A stretch of DNA of 64,000 nt, taken from NCBI RefSeq assembly GCF_023055435.1, contig NW_025963779.1:18600001-18664000 (forward strand), written 5' to 3'. The stretch's first letter is position 1. Each line of letters starts with the position of its first letter. The notes under the pieces were generated by a model. That model worked only from the letters and a program-made list of their open reading frames with translations. It was not told the origin of the DNA and ran no database searches. Origin of the DNA: Haliotis rufescens. Taxonomy: Eukaryota. Positions 37,464 to 49,937 of the stretch are shown in pieces. Both the position numbers and the translations under genes were made by a program.

Positions 37464-38830
37464 GATAGATAGATAGATAGATATTCTTTATTTCCTCCAG
37501 ATATTAAAGATACATATCATATATGATATTATGTATAATTACAGAGCTGCACAGTAGTACAATTTAACAATATTATGAGAAATGATAACTACAAAATGCA
37601 TGACAATCAAGCATTCTTATAACTGTTTTGTAACAGATACAGCCATTTCCTACAGTATCTTGACACAATAACCATAGGGTCACCCCATAGACTTTGAGAT
37701 AAAGAGCTAACACACTCAGGCATACCGCCAAGTAGTACAGACAGGATTATATCATCGTCCTCACTACATAGTCTTGCAAGTGTAGAGACATCTATCACAT
37801 CACAAATGGATTCAAATAGTTCATTTCTGTCATTCATATTCAATGCACAATACAAGAAGACTTGCTTAATAATATCATGAGCTACAATTCTACATCGACA
37901 TTCCCTAGATTCTATATTTAGGCATCCCAGCCGTACAAGATGAGACAGGTTTGGGAACTGTTCAGGACGTTCAAGTGCAAGCAGCCAGAGTCTGTGTTCT
38001 TTATCAGTACGTAGCGAAACATATCTATTTAAGTTAAGTCTAGATATCAGCTTAGAGCATACAGCTTCCTGGTCTGCAAAAATAATCCTTTCCTTAACAA
38101 TATCAGACCATGCCTTTTTACTTGGGAAGCTACATTTACTAAGATAATCTTCTATTTCTGCATAGAGATTGTACTTTTTGACATGTCTAAGCATGTTATA
38201 TACAGGTGACAAAGCTTACTGAAGTTATCCAACGCTATTTCGTATCTAAACTGCCCAAGGCGAGTAACGAATACCTTTTTAAAAACATAGCTGTAACTGG
38301 ACCGGCGTAGTTTTCCAAGTAGTAACAGTGACTGTTTGTCAATAAAGGATTGGAGAGATATCAAGCCCATGTTGTCCACAGCAACAGTACCTGATGTACA
38401 TTTTGGAAGGCCCTGTTATTTTTCTACTGAAATAACGTTGAATAACTTCCAGCATATCGTATTCTTTGAGGGTTAATAGTCCCCAGACATTACATCCATA
38501 GAGCCCGCATGGGAGTATCACTCGTTCCCAGATCCTTTTGCTGGAATTGGATTCATGCCTCCAAACTTTAGTCCAGTATCGTTATTACTATTTATTAACA
38601 TTTTTAACTTTTAACAAGCTAATTGTGTTCGTTCTAAGGAAGACTTATCAGAGCTAATCCTGACACCTGCATATATTATAGATTGCTGAAGTGGAACACA
38701 CATACTGCCCAAGTACAGTGATTGAGAGCAGGTAAATTTACGCTGCACATCAAATATTAGAACAGCGCTTTTCGTGACTTTGGAAGCTGCCATTTATATG
38801 CATATTGATTTACAACAAACGTATTTAACC
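37464..38830 (-). mobile_element. Duplicate of the degenerate LINE 3' fragment
   Basis: Paralog of 23788-25170; the 37607-38212 frame is open here because the 5-bp deletion seen at about 24370 is absent. Confidence 0.7.
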
Positions 38831-39289
38831 TCTGCTGAAACTGGCTACCATACACGTGATTTAACATTCTACTAGATGCTTTTCACCATGTCTTTCAACA
38901 TTAGTCTTTCCTCATATACAGATTAAGTTCTACCCATGGTGTAGTGAGGTCATAGAAAACAGAGCACGCGGTTGAAAGAAAACATTTTTTATTCTGTATC
39001 AATGTACCAGAAGCAACCTGACTCACATCAATACCAGAACAGGTGACACGTTTGTGAACGATTTATTATTGTTGATCGTCATGCCGCCTCTGTGGCTGCC
39101 CTCACAGCATGTTTGTTCCATGAAGCTTCTCACTGAGATTAGAAACTGGCTACCACAAGCTCGAGTCATGAAATTGAAATCCTACAATTTGATTGTTGTA
39201 TCATGATTGGGTAGATTGTCCAAAGCGAGTGTGTCAAGAGGTAAGCATGGAATTACAAACCATCAAATTAATGATGGTATAAACATATA

Positions 39290-39565
39290 AGTGTGTGAGT
39301 TGTGTTTAACGCCGCTTTTAACATTATTCCAGTTATATCGCGGCGTGTCAGCTTAATGTGGGAGGAAAGCCCGAAGCGATGCAGGTCTCGGGCGTTTACC
39401 ACTTCGGTGAAACCCACGAGCACTGGTGTGTTGCTGACAGACCTAGCAACATAATCGGGGCGAACTGGGATTCGAACCCACAATCATAGGTTTCTGGCGT
39501 GCCCAAGGGACGCAACCCTGCACAGTGAATCGCAGCGCCTTAGACGGCTGGGCCACCCGTGCCCC
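39290..39565 (-). mobile_element. tRNA-derived SINE, family L (paralog of 25630-25904)
   Basis: Same element at the same position in the duplicated unit. Confidence 0.8.
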
Positions 39566-39811
39566 ATATAAACATAAATAAACATAAACATTGATGACGA
39601 ATTATAATGTATACAATTGGACTTAAATAAATACATACATATCATGATTTACGTGATACAGGAATAGATATAGCACTGACTTACGCTCTGTTTCTCTGTG
39701 CCAAGCTTTGGGTTCGGTTCCAAATTCAAATTAGCGCATTTAGTCTAAGTCTGTATATCTCTATATTGAAAACACAGTATATTTATCTTCTAATTCACTC
39801 AAAAACAGGGA

Positions 39812-42800
39812 TCATTGTAAGATACACGGCAGTAAAACCGCCAAAGTACAAGCTACAGTTGCAATGAAGAATAAGACAAGGAACAATCTGTCCATCACGA
39901 CTGCCACCTTCTTCCACTCCTCATCAATGACCTCGGCTTCTTGTTTGTCGATGTCCCGCCTGTTGATCTCCTTGAGAACTGACAGCTGTTCTTGCATCAC
40001 TTTTTCCAAGGGCAGTAACTGCTGTTGGTCGGACACAGCAGTTTTGAGAGATTCGAAATTAGCCACTTCTTTTTGTTTTAACGTGTTGAAATGGTCCTGA
40101 AACAATGGAAAGTATATAATCTTGTAAACACGTGCACGTCCATTTACAACATACATGAACCGGCGCGTATTCATCGTTTATGATATAAATAAAATAAAAA
40201 TAAAAAAACACACCATAGAAGCAGTCAAGATACATTGATGTGAGTGGCTCTACTTAGGATTATATAATTATGCTTATAGACAATGTATGTTAAATTCTCT
40301 GCATGCAAATTTTATATTGGAGGAAATAGATGCAGATATTATATGTAAACAAGTGATTTCTTCAGGTGTATAAGCATTAAATATACAAAATGAACAGTCA
40401 AGACATTCGTGCTTGTCAACATTCCTTTGTACATACAAGATCTTTCGCCGTTCAACGGCTCTTCAGGTGTAATGAAAACTTTAACGAACATTGTAGCCAT
40501 AAGCGATGCACAACAGCACATTTAGATCGTACATTTGGATCTCGAATTTACTGTCTGTGTACAGTGATTCGGTCTTTTAGTTGCATACCAGTTTCTCCAA
40601 TATAATGCTCACCACATCCCGCACATGTTGAAACATATGTAACATCTCTACTGTGGCAGTTGTTCATTTTTGCAAAATTCAAATTTACAGTCTTCAATTA
40701 TTACAGGGAAAGTTCCACATCGTGGTGTGTGACATTTTGTTGCGCTATAACTACTAGGCTACTCGACCGCGTGATATTTCGTGAACACACACACATACAC
40801 CATCTCCATACACACATCTCCATTAATAAATAGTATCGTAGGTTTTAAACATAGTAGTTACTTTAATGAGGACCAAGTTTCCTATTACCAACATAATTCA
40901 TTCGATTTCGAACGATAAATTATCTTAAGTTGTAACGATGTTAAAGTGGACGTTTCTTACCCTATGGCCGTTGACGTAGACGTCCGTTGTCGTCACTGGG
41001 TACACTGATGGTTCTTTCTTCACACACAGGAACCACGAAAGAGTTCCAAGAAATATCTTCCTGATCCAGCGAGGAACTGGGACGCCATGCTGACCTCTGA
41101 AGTGCACGTTGAGCACGGTCACTGTGAGGGCCGTCGAGAGGGTCACCAGCAGCAGGACCACGCAGAAGTAGATTCCTGTGGAAGGAAGAAATATTTAGTT
41201 GTCTCAAATCAGGCTGAATGTGTTTGGTGGTTAAAGTGTTCGCTCGTAGTGCCGAAGGTCTGGGTTCAATTCCCCGCATGGGTACAATGTTTGAAGCCCT
41301 TTTAATTAACTGACTGAATAGCGTATTTAGAACATACCTATGTAAGGGAAGTTGTCCGACGTTGGCGGTAACGACTGGGCGACAAGCAGCATGAACACTG
41401 ACAGAGACAGCAACACCGTGATCTCAAGCGCCACCTTCTCCCCGGCGTCTGGGGGTAGCAGGAACCCAAGCAGACCCACAGCGGAGATCAGTATACAGGG
41501 GAACAACAGGTTCACTACGTAGAAGAACGGCTTACGTCGCAGAGAGACGTAGAACGTCACGTCTGGGTAGGGTTCTGGGCAGCAGCTGTAGAAATGCTCG
41601 TGCCGCACCCCTGGGACACTTAGCAGCTCCCACTCCGTGTTGACCTTGTAGTCGGACATGTCCCCTGCCTTGGGGCCAACGGTGGTGTTGATCTGGTGGC
41701 CATTGAAGGCCCAGGAACCGAACCGAAGGGCGCATGTTTGGCCATCGAAGGGGAAGTAGGTGACGTCGACGGGACAGAGGCTTTCGATGACGGTGGGGAA
41801 GTTGTAGCTTGCGGCGCCATCTGAGGTGAAGGTCGGCCTGTAGTCCTTCAGGCCAATAAATTCGTCTCCAGCACTGGGGAAGAATTGTTAGATTTGTTAT
41901 GATTGTTATATTTGCTATAGCCACGTACAGATCACGCAGGGTCGTGGGCACTTAGAGGGGTTTGGAGACATGGCGGTTGATAAATATGAATGGTTGGCTG
42001 ATGGTTGACTGTTGTTTAACACCACACTCAGCAATATTTCAGCTATATGACCGTGGTCTGTAAATCATCGAGTTTGGACTAAACAATGAACATCTACTCA
42101 TGCAATTGGGATACGTTGACATGCACTGGGCAAGTCACCGGGCCTGACAACATTATCCGTTTAGTCGCCTCTAACGACCAACAAAGGTTACCGAGGACCT
42201 ATATATATTGTTATCCGGGATCCCCATTGGTCAATTTGAGTGACAGCGTTACAAAAAGCTATCACTAATGTGTATCTCACTCACTTGTCATATAGAGTAA
42301 TATCCGGGGTCCATACTTTTTCATAGGGGAGGACAAGTTGTGAGATGCCCCCGTACTCGCTGGCGTTCCAGGTCATCTGACAGTCATACCAGTTCTACAA
42401 CAAACATGTTAGGATAAACACAAACATAAACCTATGACAGTAGATGATTCTACTTCACACTGGGACAAGGCTTGGTGTCCATGTGTTGTGTGTATAGAGT
42501 GTAGAAACCAGTCGCATCTCGAACAGTGATCGATCGCACAGGTAAAGACTCGAATTTTTAAAAAAGTAGCAAATAATCGAAAGAAAAAGAAATTTCGATT
42601 TAAGAAAACATTATGCTACCAAAGTGACACCATTTGGGTCTCGTATTAGGGTTCAAAAACTCAATACTTCCCGCCACGCTGGGACAAGGCATGTTTTTTG
42701 TGTGTATAAACCAACAATGAAAAAAACAAAAAAACAGGTAACAATGGGAAGTTCGTGGTAGATAAGGTTAACAGAAGAACCCCATATCAACCAGTAGCAG

Positions 42801-45241
42801 CAGTCCAGCAGCAGTACCTACCAATCGGATCCAGGCGTTGAGGGTCAGTATCTGGCTGGGTTCATTCTGGAACAGAGCCGAAGGTGTATCTATATTATGA
42901 TGGCGACAGGGGATCCGAGCAGAGCATGTTTAAACAATGATGGTTCAGATTTGTGTTATCTTTCCCGTGGCAAGAGAGTTAACTGACTACAACAGTTCTG
43001 GAAATATGGAGTTATATTTTGGCTTGATTAGGGAGTCTAGGCCAATCCATATCGCGTATCGATATCGCAATCCGGTACATATTAAACAACATGGCTACTG
43101 TCGTGAAGATTTCGGGACTCGCAGAGCATGTGTGCCATCATTTGAATATCGACAGATATTTTTCAATTTTTTTTATGTTTCTAATCAAGGTGCGCAAGTG
43201 ATTTATCACAATATAAAGTTTCTGATTATAGATCGGATCGTCTTGACTGGACGCCGCCATTTTGATTGAAGCAAATGCAAGTGATATGAGAGGTGGAATC
43301 TGATTGGTCAATCGGAGGGACGTAGAAGTGACATAACTCGTAATGGCCACTGATATCGATGGCGCTACGATCGAGCCACGAAATTCCAGTCTGGTTCGGC
43401 AAGTATGGAAACTGGACTGTTACAGTCGGTTACCCCCCTTGCCTCGCGAAGATAGGCTAGTGTATATCCTGTGATTACTGAACTGAGAATTGTCCTTACT
43501 TTAATTTTAGTGTAGTATAAAGTAGATATCAAGTAGAATTGGAACACGTTTGTGGCTTATGAATTTTATATTTTCTTGTAGATTTTAATAATTGCCATGT
43601 GCACCATAATCTCGGTCACCGGCCCATGCATGTATAACATCTTAACATTGGAAGTATCTCATACGCGTGCTCCGTGAAACCAAAACAGGTCGTTTACGTT
43701 TGGCATATATGAGGACAGGATTTCAGACGCTAGGACAGGACATGCATGCTTACCCTTTTCGTGAACACCTGGTGTGATCACTGACTTTCAGTGATCCATT
43801 CATTTAATTTCCACAACTATTTTGCCCTTTACGTACATTAGAAACCGTTTCAATGGATAATCGAGACTGGTTATTCTCTGTCATTGACGATTTATATTCG
43901 GATATCCCGATCAATGAACGCACAAAAGAACAAAGTAAATAAAAAGATTTGCTGCCCAACAAGACCCAACGTGGATTAGCTGTCTACTAACCAGCTCCAT
44001 GATCTGTCTGATAGCGATGCCAACTTTGACCTCTATAGGAGCGTCCGCTCCACAGATTGGCCGCACTTCACTCTTGTAATGAGTAAACAGCTTGTCCAGT
44101 AGTGCTGTCTGGTTGCCATGGATACCTGTAACTGTAAAGAAAGGTGAATACTGATAATTTAATCGACGTAGTACTATATGAAAATATATCCACAAAATAT
44201 TAATACAGATCGATAAAATATATGTTCGATGCCCGTAGATTTGTTTATACTCTGAGGATAGTTATATGACAAACCGCACAGTGATATGACTTACAATATA
44301 ATCTTTCTGATTAAAACAAAGTTCACCATAAGCTTAATGTTATAAAACCGCAATCTGTTGTGTATTGTTAGACATAGCGTCAACGCCATGAACAACCAGT
44401 ATCGATTGTCCGACGAAATAACGCATTAAGTTCAACATTAACCAAGGAAATAGGGTTGACGACAGGTTACATTATGTAAAGGATAAAAAACGAGAATCCT
44501 CCGGTGCGGCGACATACGTTTTTCTCTCGAAATTGTTGCTCTCAATTATAGAAAACAGTTCCAATCAGAATCAATTCTCGAGCTTAACGACACTAGTTTT
44601 AAACCGGCGACTTCCATACCAGACATTTGAAAAATATTTTGAAAACGTTCTCGATTTAAAATTTGAAAACTGAACAAAACTGAACGAAAGAACATTTTGG
44701 AATGGCCGAAATTGTATGGCAAGTCGGAATACCTTGTATTAACCTTTCCGCGAGGTTGCATGAATAGAAAACACACTCGGTCTAACACTTTCCCGATCTG
44801 AAAAGCGTAGCTCTGATTGATGGGACGACATCGGGTCTTTTTTGAACAATCAGCGTCACAGCATTCATTTTCTTAGTAAAGTTTATAAGGTTTTATGGAA
44901 GACACGTGGAGGAAATTTCCAAATGACGCATCAGTGACCAAAATGGTGACTGATACAATTTCCTATTTTGAAATGTACCATATGTTCCCGTGTTTGTTCA
45001 GGTAAACACTTGACTTGCCTTTACATGTGTTTGTGATCGGTGCAAGCTATACCACAGCTGGCAAAACGTAGATAAAGACAAGAGACGTTAGAAGACTACT
45101 ACTTGGAAACGTACGCGTTATTTACGTTCTGTCTTAAACGTTCGCCAGACCCGTGTTGAAAATATGACCGGCAATGTAGCCTACAACAGTGTTTTACTCA
45201 CCCAGGAGTCCCATGAATACTACCAATCCTACGTCAGCCAT
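39812..45241 (-). CDS. Nicotinic acetylcholine receptor alpha-type subunit, copy C (456 aa)
   Basis: Exons 45241-45202, 44131-43992, 42866-42822, 42394-42285, 41873-41338, 41175-40961, 40096-39812. Same sizes and phases; intact motifs. Extracellular domain differs from A/B (NQT vs KQK, NEPS vs DEPK, YEK vs YAK, EFI vs ELI, NTT vs NIT, EHF vs EQF). Confidence 0.94.
42957..43454. mobile_element. Family F non-autonomous DNA transposon in intron 2 of copy C
   Basis: Ends TATCTTTCCCGTGGCAAGAGAGTTAACTGAC / GTCGGTTACCCCCCTTGCCTCGCGAAGATA; degenerate 9-bp flanks (6/9 match); interior homologous to the 60000-60791 element. Confidence 0.75.
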
Positions 45242-45664
45242 TTCACTTCACATACACTATGTCCCTGTGGGGATGTGTGTTCCGGTCCTACCAAGTGTTC
45301 AGATACAACTAATGACCACACAGATTGTGTCATACCTATAAGTAACGGATTCCAAGGGGCGTTACTGCTAATCATTTCACTGTAAGGTAGTATAACCAAC
45401 CAAATGTGCAGCATAAATCCACCAATTATCCCTCGTTGTTATTGTACATTGTGTGTATAGGTGTTAATTGGTATACAATACGTACCCCCAGACGTGGCAG
45501 GGTTCAATACTAATTGAACAATACTCTGAAACAAAGGCATCACAATGGTCTCCGCAGCTACAGATACAGCTTGGGGGGTAATTCAACAATAGCTTCAAAA
45601 AGGTTCTGTCGGCAGCGTATTGTCCCATAACAATAAGTGTTGGTCTTTGTCGCAGGCAGTCGGA

Positions 45665-48600
45665 CTGACTGATATAGAAGATTTAACGTGCGCTTTCCGA
45701 CTGCAGCGTATTTCGCACACGGGCCTGGCCAGACCATTTAGTGTATTCCGAGAAGGGTGAAAGTGGTGTGTGCAACACAAGAGGGGGCTTTTAGGGGCTG
45801 CTTATATCGATTTTTGAAATTTTAAAATTTGGAATAAATGCCGAGGTGGATGGAGGAGGGAACTAAGGGAGCTGGGTGAGGTGGGTATTTGTATGTTTAT
45901 TGGATTTTGGGTTGGTAGATTAATTAGTTTTTAGATGCGCTTAATTAGGCCTGTTTTGATTAGGAATACGCCTAGGGCCTTGAAGTTTTCTAGTTTATTT
46001 TGAGGGTTTAGTATTTCATCTAGAGTAGGAACCTTATTTAGATTGAGGTTGGTTTGTAGTGTGGTTCTGTGTGTTTGGTAGTGGGTGCAGTGGATGAGTG
46101 CGTGTTCTGTGGTTTCGGGTTGTTTGCAGTGGGGGCAGTTGCCTGTGGTGTGTCTTTTAAGTTGTTTTAGGTGGTTATTTAGGTTCGTGTGTCCTGTTTG
46201 GAGTTTTGTAATTAATCTGTCAATTTTTTTAGAGGGGTGAAGGATTTTAGGTTTGGCTAGTGGTTTTCTGAGCACTTTTTTGATTTGGCTATTTGAGTTT
46301 TGATATTGATTATGCCATTTTTTGGTTATTTTTTGTTTGTTTACACTTTTAATTTCTGATTTTGAGATGGGTAGGTTTAGGCTTATTTCTGGTATTTTGA
46401 GAGATAATTTAGCTGCTTTATCGGCGCTTTCGTTGCCGTAAATTCCTACGTGGGCGGGGATCCACAAGAAGGTTATTTGTTTGCCTGCTTTTGTTAGGTC
46501 GTTGGAGCTTTTAAGTATTTGGTTTATTAATTTAGGTCGTTTTTTGGTATTTTTGTTTTGGAGGGCTTGTAGTCCACTAAGCGAGTCAGTGAGAATTAGG
46601 ATTTTTTTGTGGTTTTTTGATTGTTGGTTATGCAGGGCTGAGGCCATGCCCATAAGTTCGGCCGTGAATATAGATTGGTTGTTTGGGAGTCGGTAAGATT
46701 GTGTGGATATAACTGGTTGTGTGGTATGGACTCCGAAACCTGTGTGTTTGGAGATCGGGTCTGAAGATCCGTCAGTGTATATGTGACACCAATTTGGCCA
46801 ATTTTCGTGTATGTATGCAAGTGTGGTTGTTTTAGCTATGTTTGGGTCGGTTTGTTTATTTATTTGGTTAGTTAGCGTTGTGTCTATTTGGGGTATTTTG
46901 AGTTTAGGGGTGAAGATATTTGATTTTTTGCAGTTTTGTTTAAGATTTTGAGTTTGGTGTTCATTGAGGTAGTTAGTTATTCTTTGGGATATTGGGGTGA
47001 GTAAGGGGTGTTTGCGAGCTAGAGCTTGGTTTCTTGGGCTAATGTTTTGGTTAATTAGGTTTTGGATGAGAGGGTTTGTTTGGGACGCGGCCCAGAAATT
47101 AAGGCTTAGATGTTCCCTGCGTAGATTTAGTGGCATTTCTCCTGTAAGGGCCTGAAGTGAGGTGTAGGAGGTGCCATGTTGGGTGCGTGTAATTAGTTTA
47201 AGGGCTTGGTATTGGATTGAGTCAAGTTTTTTAGATAGAGAGTGGTTTAGGGTATTGTATATGGCGCAGCCGTAGTCTAGTTTTGATCTAATTAGTGTTG
47301 TATATAGTGAGAGGAGGGTATCTTTGGATGCTCCCCAGTTAGAGCCGGTGAGACATCTTAATGTGTTAAGGTCTTTGCTGCATCTAGTTTTTAGGTTTTG
47401 GACGTGAGCCTCCCAGGTGAGGTGTTGATCGAAAATAAGTCCTAAGAATTTGGTTTGTTTTTGGAATTTGATTGTTTGGTTGTTTAGCTGGAGGATTGGG
47501 TAGGCAGCTTTCATGTTTTTATGTTTGAATACTACTCCTGTTGTTTTATCTGAGTTAAGGGAGAAGCCCCATTTGTCTGCCCATTGTTGTATTTTATTTA
47601 GAGATTTTTGGATTAAGTTTTCTGCCATTTTAATGCTTTTAGTGCGGATCCATAGGGCTCCATCATCCGCGAATTTTGAAGTGTTTAGTTTAGGGGATAA
47701 GCCCTCGAATAGATCATTTATCATTATATTGAAGAGGGTTGGGCTGAGAATGCTGCCCTGGGGAGTGCCATTTTCTAGGGGACACTGGTCCGATAGCGTA
47801 TGGTCTATACCCACGGTAATTTTGCGATTGTTTAGGAAATCTTGGATGAAGTTTATTATTTGGCCTTTTAGTCCTATTTTTTTTAGTTTTTGTATTAGCC
47901 CGTGGTGCCATACCATATCGAAAGCTTTAGAGAAGTCGAGGAATATGCCTATGGTGTATTGCTTGTTTAGCTGTCCTGTTTTTATATCCTGTTCTAGTCG
48001 GGCAAGGTTATCGAGAGTTGATCGGCCAGGAGTGAAGCCGCTTTGGTCAGGGTTTATGATGTTGTTTTGGTCTAGGTAGTGCTGTAGCCTATTTTTAGTC
48101 ATAAGTTCCATTATTTTGCAGAGATTTGAGGTTAGGGATATGGGCCTATAGGAGTTTGCCTGATCTGCTGGTTTATTTGGTTTAGGTATTGGGATTACTA
48201 GAGCTTCCTTCCATGAGGATGGGACCTGTCCGTTTAGGTAAACTAGGTTGTATAGTTTAAGTAAAGTTTGGAGTAGTTTGGTAGGTAAGTGTTTGATTAT
48301 TTGGTAAGAGGTGAGGTCTAGGCCAGGGGCTGTTCCTTTTTTTCTATTGTTTAGTACGTGATTTAGTTCTTCTATGGTATAAGGTTGATTTATTTCTAGG
48401 TTGTCTTGTCTGATTTCTTTGGAGAATTTTATTTCTTTATTTAGTTTATCTTGGAATTTCTTACTGAAGTTACTGTTGCTACTAACTTTAGAGAAGTGTT
48501 TGGCTAGGTTGTTGGCCTTTTGGTTGGGGTTAGTTGAGTTGTTTATATTGGGGCTTTTTTTGTGCCGTTTGATGCCTCGGATGACGTGAATTTTGCGCCA

Positions 48601-48868
48601 CACCTTCCTAGCGTCGGTGTGGTGGTTTAGCTCCTCACAGAATTTTTTCCAGTTTTTGGTTTTAGCAGTTTTAACTAGGTTTTGGACTTGGTGGTTTAGT
48701 TCATGAGCTGTTTTGAGATGAGAGGGGTCTCGTTTAGCTCTGTTGAAAGCTGATTTGCGTTTTAGTCTAGTTAGCTCTATTTCCTCATTCCACCAAGGGA
48801 CAGTGGGTTTTCCTGGGTTGGATGATTTGAAGGGGATTGCGGATTTGGCTGCGTTGATTATGAAGTTA
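45665..48868 (-). mobile_element. Young 5'-truncated Nimb/I-clade LINE (RT + RNase H + CCHC) with 11-bp TSD
   Basis: AGGCAGTCGGA duplicated at 45654-45664 and 48869-48879; (CAGT)n tail; uninterrupted ORF2. Confidence 0.92.
45931..48867 (-). CDS. LINE ORF2 (reverse transcriptase, RNase H, C-terminal zinc knuckle); endonuclease lost by 5' truncation
   Basis: Motifs YRPISLTS, QSGF, FLDFSKAFD, GTPQGSILSP, FADD, IYTDGS, AELMG, LTDS, WIPAHVGIYGNESAD, CPHC..H...C. The frame stays open upstream of the listed 48603 start to the insertion edge (NFIINAAKS..PWWNEE). Confidence 0.9.
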   Translation of the reverse strand, partial: NFIINAAKSAIPFKSSNPGKPTVPWWNEEIELTRLKRKSAFNRAKRDPSHLKTAHELNHQVQNLVKTAKTKNWKKFCEELNHHTDARKVWRKIHVIRGIKRHKKSPNINNSTNPNQKANNLAKHFSKVSSNSNFSKKFQDKLNKEIKFSKEIRQDNLEINQPYTIEELNHVLNNRKKGTAPGLDLTSYQIIKHLPTKLLQTLLKLYNLVYLNGQVPSSWKEALVIPIPKPNKPADQANSYRPISLTSNLCKIMELMTKNRLQHYLDQNNIINPDQSGFTPGRSTLDNLARLEQDIKTGQLNKQYTIGIFLDFSKAFDMVWHHGLIQKLKKIGLKGQIINFIQDFLNNRKITVGIDHTLSDQCPLENGTPQGSILSPTLFNIMINDLFEGLSPKLNTSKFADDGALWIRTKSIKMAENLIQKSLNKIQQWADKWGFSLNSDKTTGVVFKHKNMKAAYPILQLNNQTIKFQKQTKFLGLIFDQHLTWEAHVQNLKTRCSKDLNTLRCLTGSNWGASKDTLLSLYTTLIRSKLDYGCAIYNTLNHSLSKKLDSIQYQALKLITRTQHGTSYTSLQALTGEMPLNLRREHLSLNFWAASQTNPLIQNLINQNISPRNQALARKHPLLTPISQRITNYLNEHQTQNLKQNCKKSNIFTPKLKIPQIDTTLTNQINKQTDPNIAKTTTLAYIHENWPNWCHIYTDGSSDPISKHTGFGVHTTQPVISTQSYRLPNNQSIFTAELMGMASALHNQQSKNHKKILILTDSLSGLQALQNKNTKKRPKLINQILKSSNDLTKAGKQITFLWIPAHVGIYGNESADKAAKLSLKIPEISLNLPISKSEIKSVNKQKITKKWHNQYQNSNSQIKKVLRKPLAKPKILHPSKKIDRLITKLQTGHTNLNNHLKQLKRHTTGNCPHCKQPETTEHALIHCTHYQTHRTTLQTNLNLNKVPTLDEILNPQNKLENFKALGVFLIKTGLIKRI

Positions 48869-48972
48869 AGGCAGTCGGAACGAACTGGTGGTACTAATAT
48901 TGTTGGATAAACTATCCCATGTTGATGGGTTTTTATAACGAATATAAAATAGCATAACGACTCAACTTAAAA

Positions 48973-49937
48973 TAACAGCCGAATTAATGGGAATAGTAAC
49001 ATCCCTGCACAGCGATAAAATAAATAGACACCAAAAAACCCTAATCCTTTCAGACTCATTAAGTGGGCTCCAGGCCAATAAAAACAAAAAAGCGCCCAAA
49101 ACTAGGACAACAGATAATTAAAAGCGCCAACCATCCACGTAAACTAGGTAAAGACATAGAAATAGTTTGGATCCCTGTCCACGTTGGAGTGTTTGGCAAC
49201 GAACACGCAGACAAAGCAGCCAAACCATACCAAAATTAGAAGAAGTGAGCATCAACCTACCAATATAAAAAAACAAAGTTAAAAGTACACAAAGGAGAAA
49301 ATCTTCAAAATAACTATCTGAAATCTGATTGCAAACTAAAACACCTGGTACAAAAGCCACTCCAAAAAAATCCCTCATAAAACAAAACAAAAACGACAGA
49401 GTAATAACTAAACTACAAACAGGCCACACTAAGTTAAACTCCCAACTACACCAAATTAAAAAACACCAAACCGGTAAATGCCCCCACTGCAACTTAAAAG
49501 AAACGCCTGAACACGTAATACTATACTGCACACATTACCAGCAACACAGAACAACACTCCAATCGACACTAAATTGTAACAATCAAATGACACTAGCAAC
49601 GCTTCTAATCCCCCTAGATGACTTACAAACTTTTAAGCACTAGGCATATATCTCATCAAAACAGGCCTACTTGGCCGCATTTTAAAATAAAAGTACAACA
49701 AACAAGCTGCCAATAAACCCTAAAATTCCTGTTAGTCCCCCTCCACCTTTTGCATGGCATATTTCAGAACTCCAAATTTGTTCTCCAAATTAAGTAAGCA
49801 ACCCTAAAAAGCCCCACCTAGGTTGCCTCACCTTTTCGGACATACCCTTTTCGACCAAACACCAAATGGCCTGGCGGACCCGTGCGCGAAATACGCATGT
49901 GTCGGAAGCGCACGTTAAATTCCTTATTTAAGTAAGT
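48973..49937 (+). mobile_element. Older related Nimb/I-clade LINE 3' fragment with 9-bp TSD
   Basis: AACTTAAAA at 48964-48972 and 49938-49946; broken RNase H (TAELMG, WIPVHVGVFGNE) and ITKLQTGHT..CPHC; 3' end cgcacgttaaat..(TAAG)n is similar to the neighbouring element. Confidence 0.85.

Larger units (their letters stand above)
13778..40960. repeat. Recent tandem segmental duplication, two units of about 13.5-13.7 kb (about 13778-27283 and about 27284-40960)
   Basis: Colinear near-identity at offsets of about 13,500-13,680 across exons, introns, intergenic DNA and shared TE remnants (for example 19000-24300 vs 32670-37970 are almost identical). Confidence 0.92.

Noticed and set aside
45665-49937. 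A single LINE with a twin-priming 5' inversion
   Set aside because: The two parts are diverged in sequence, both have 3' tails and their own TSDs, and host DNA lies between them.
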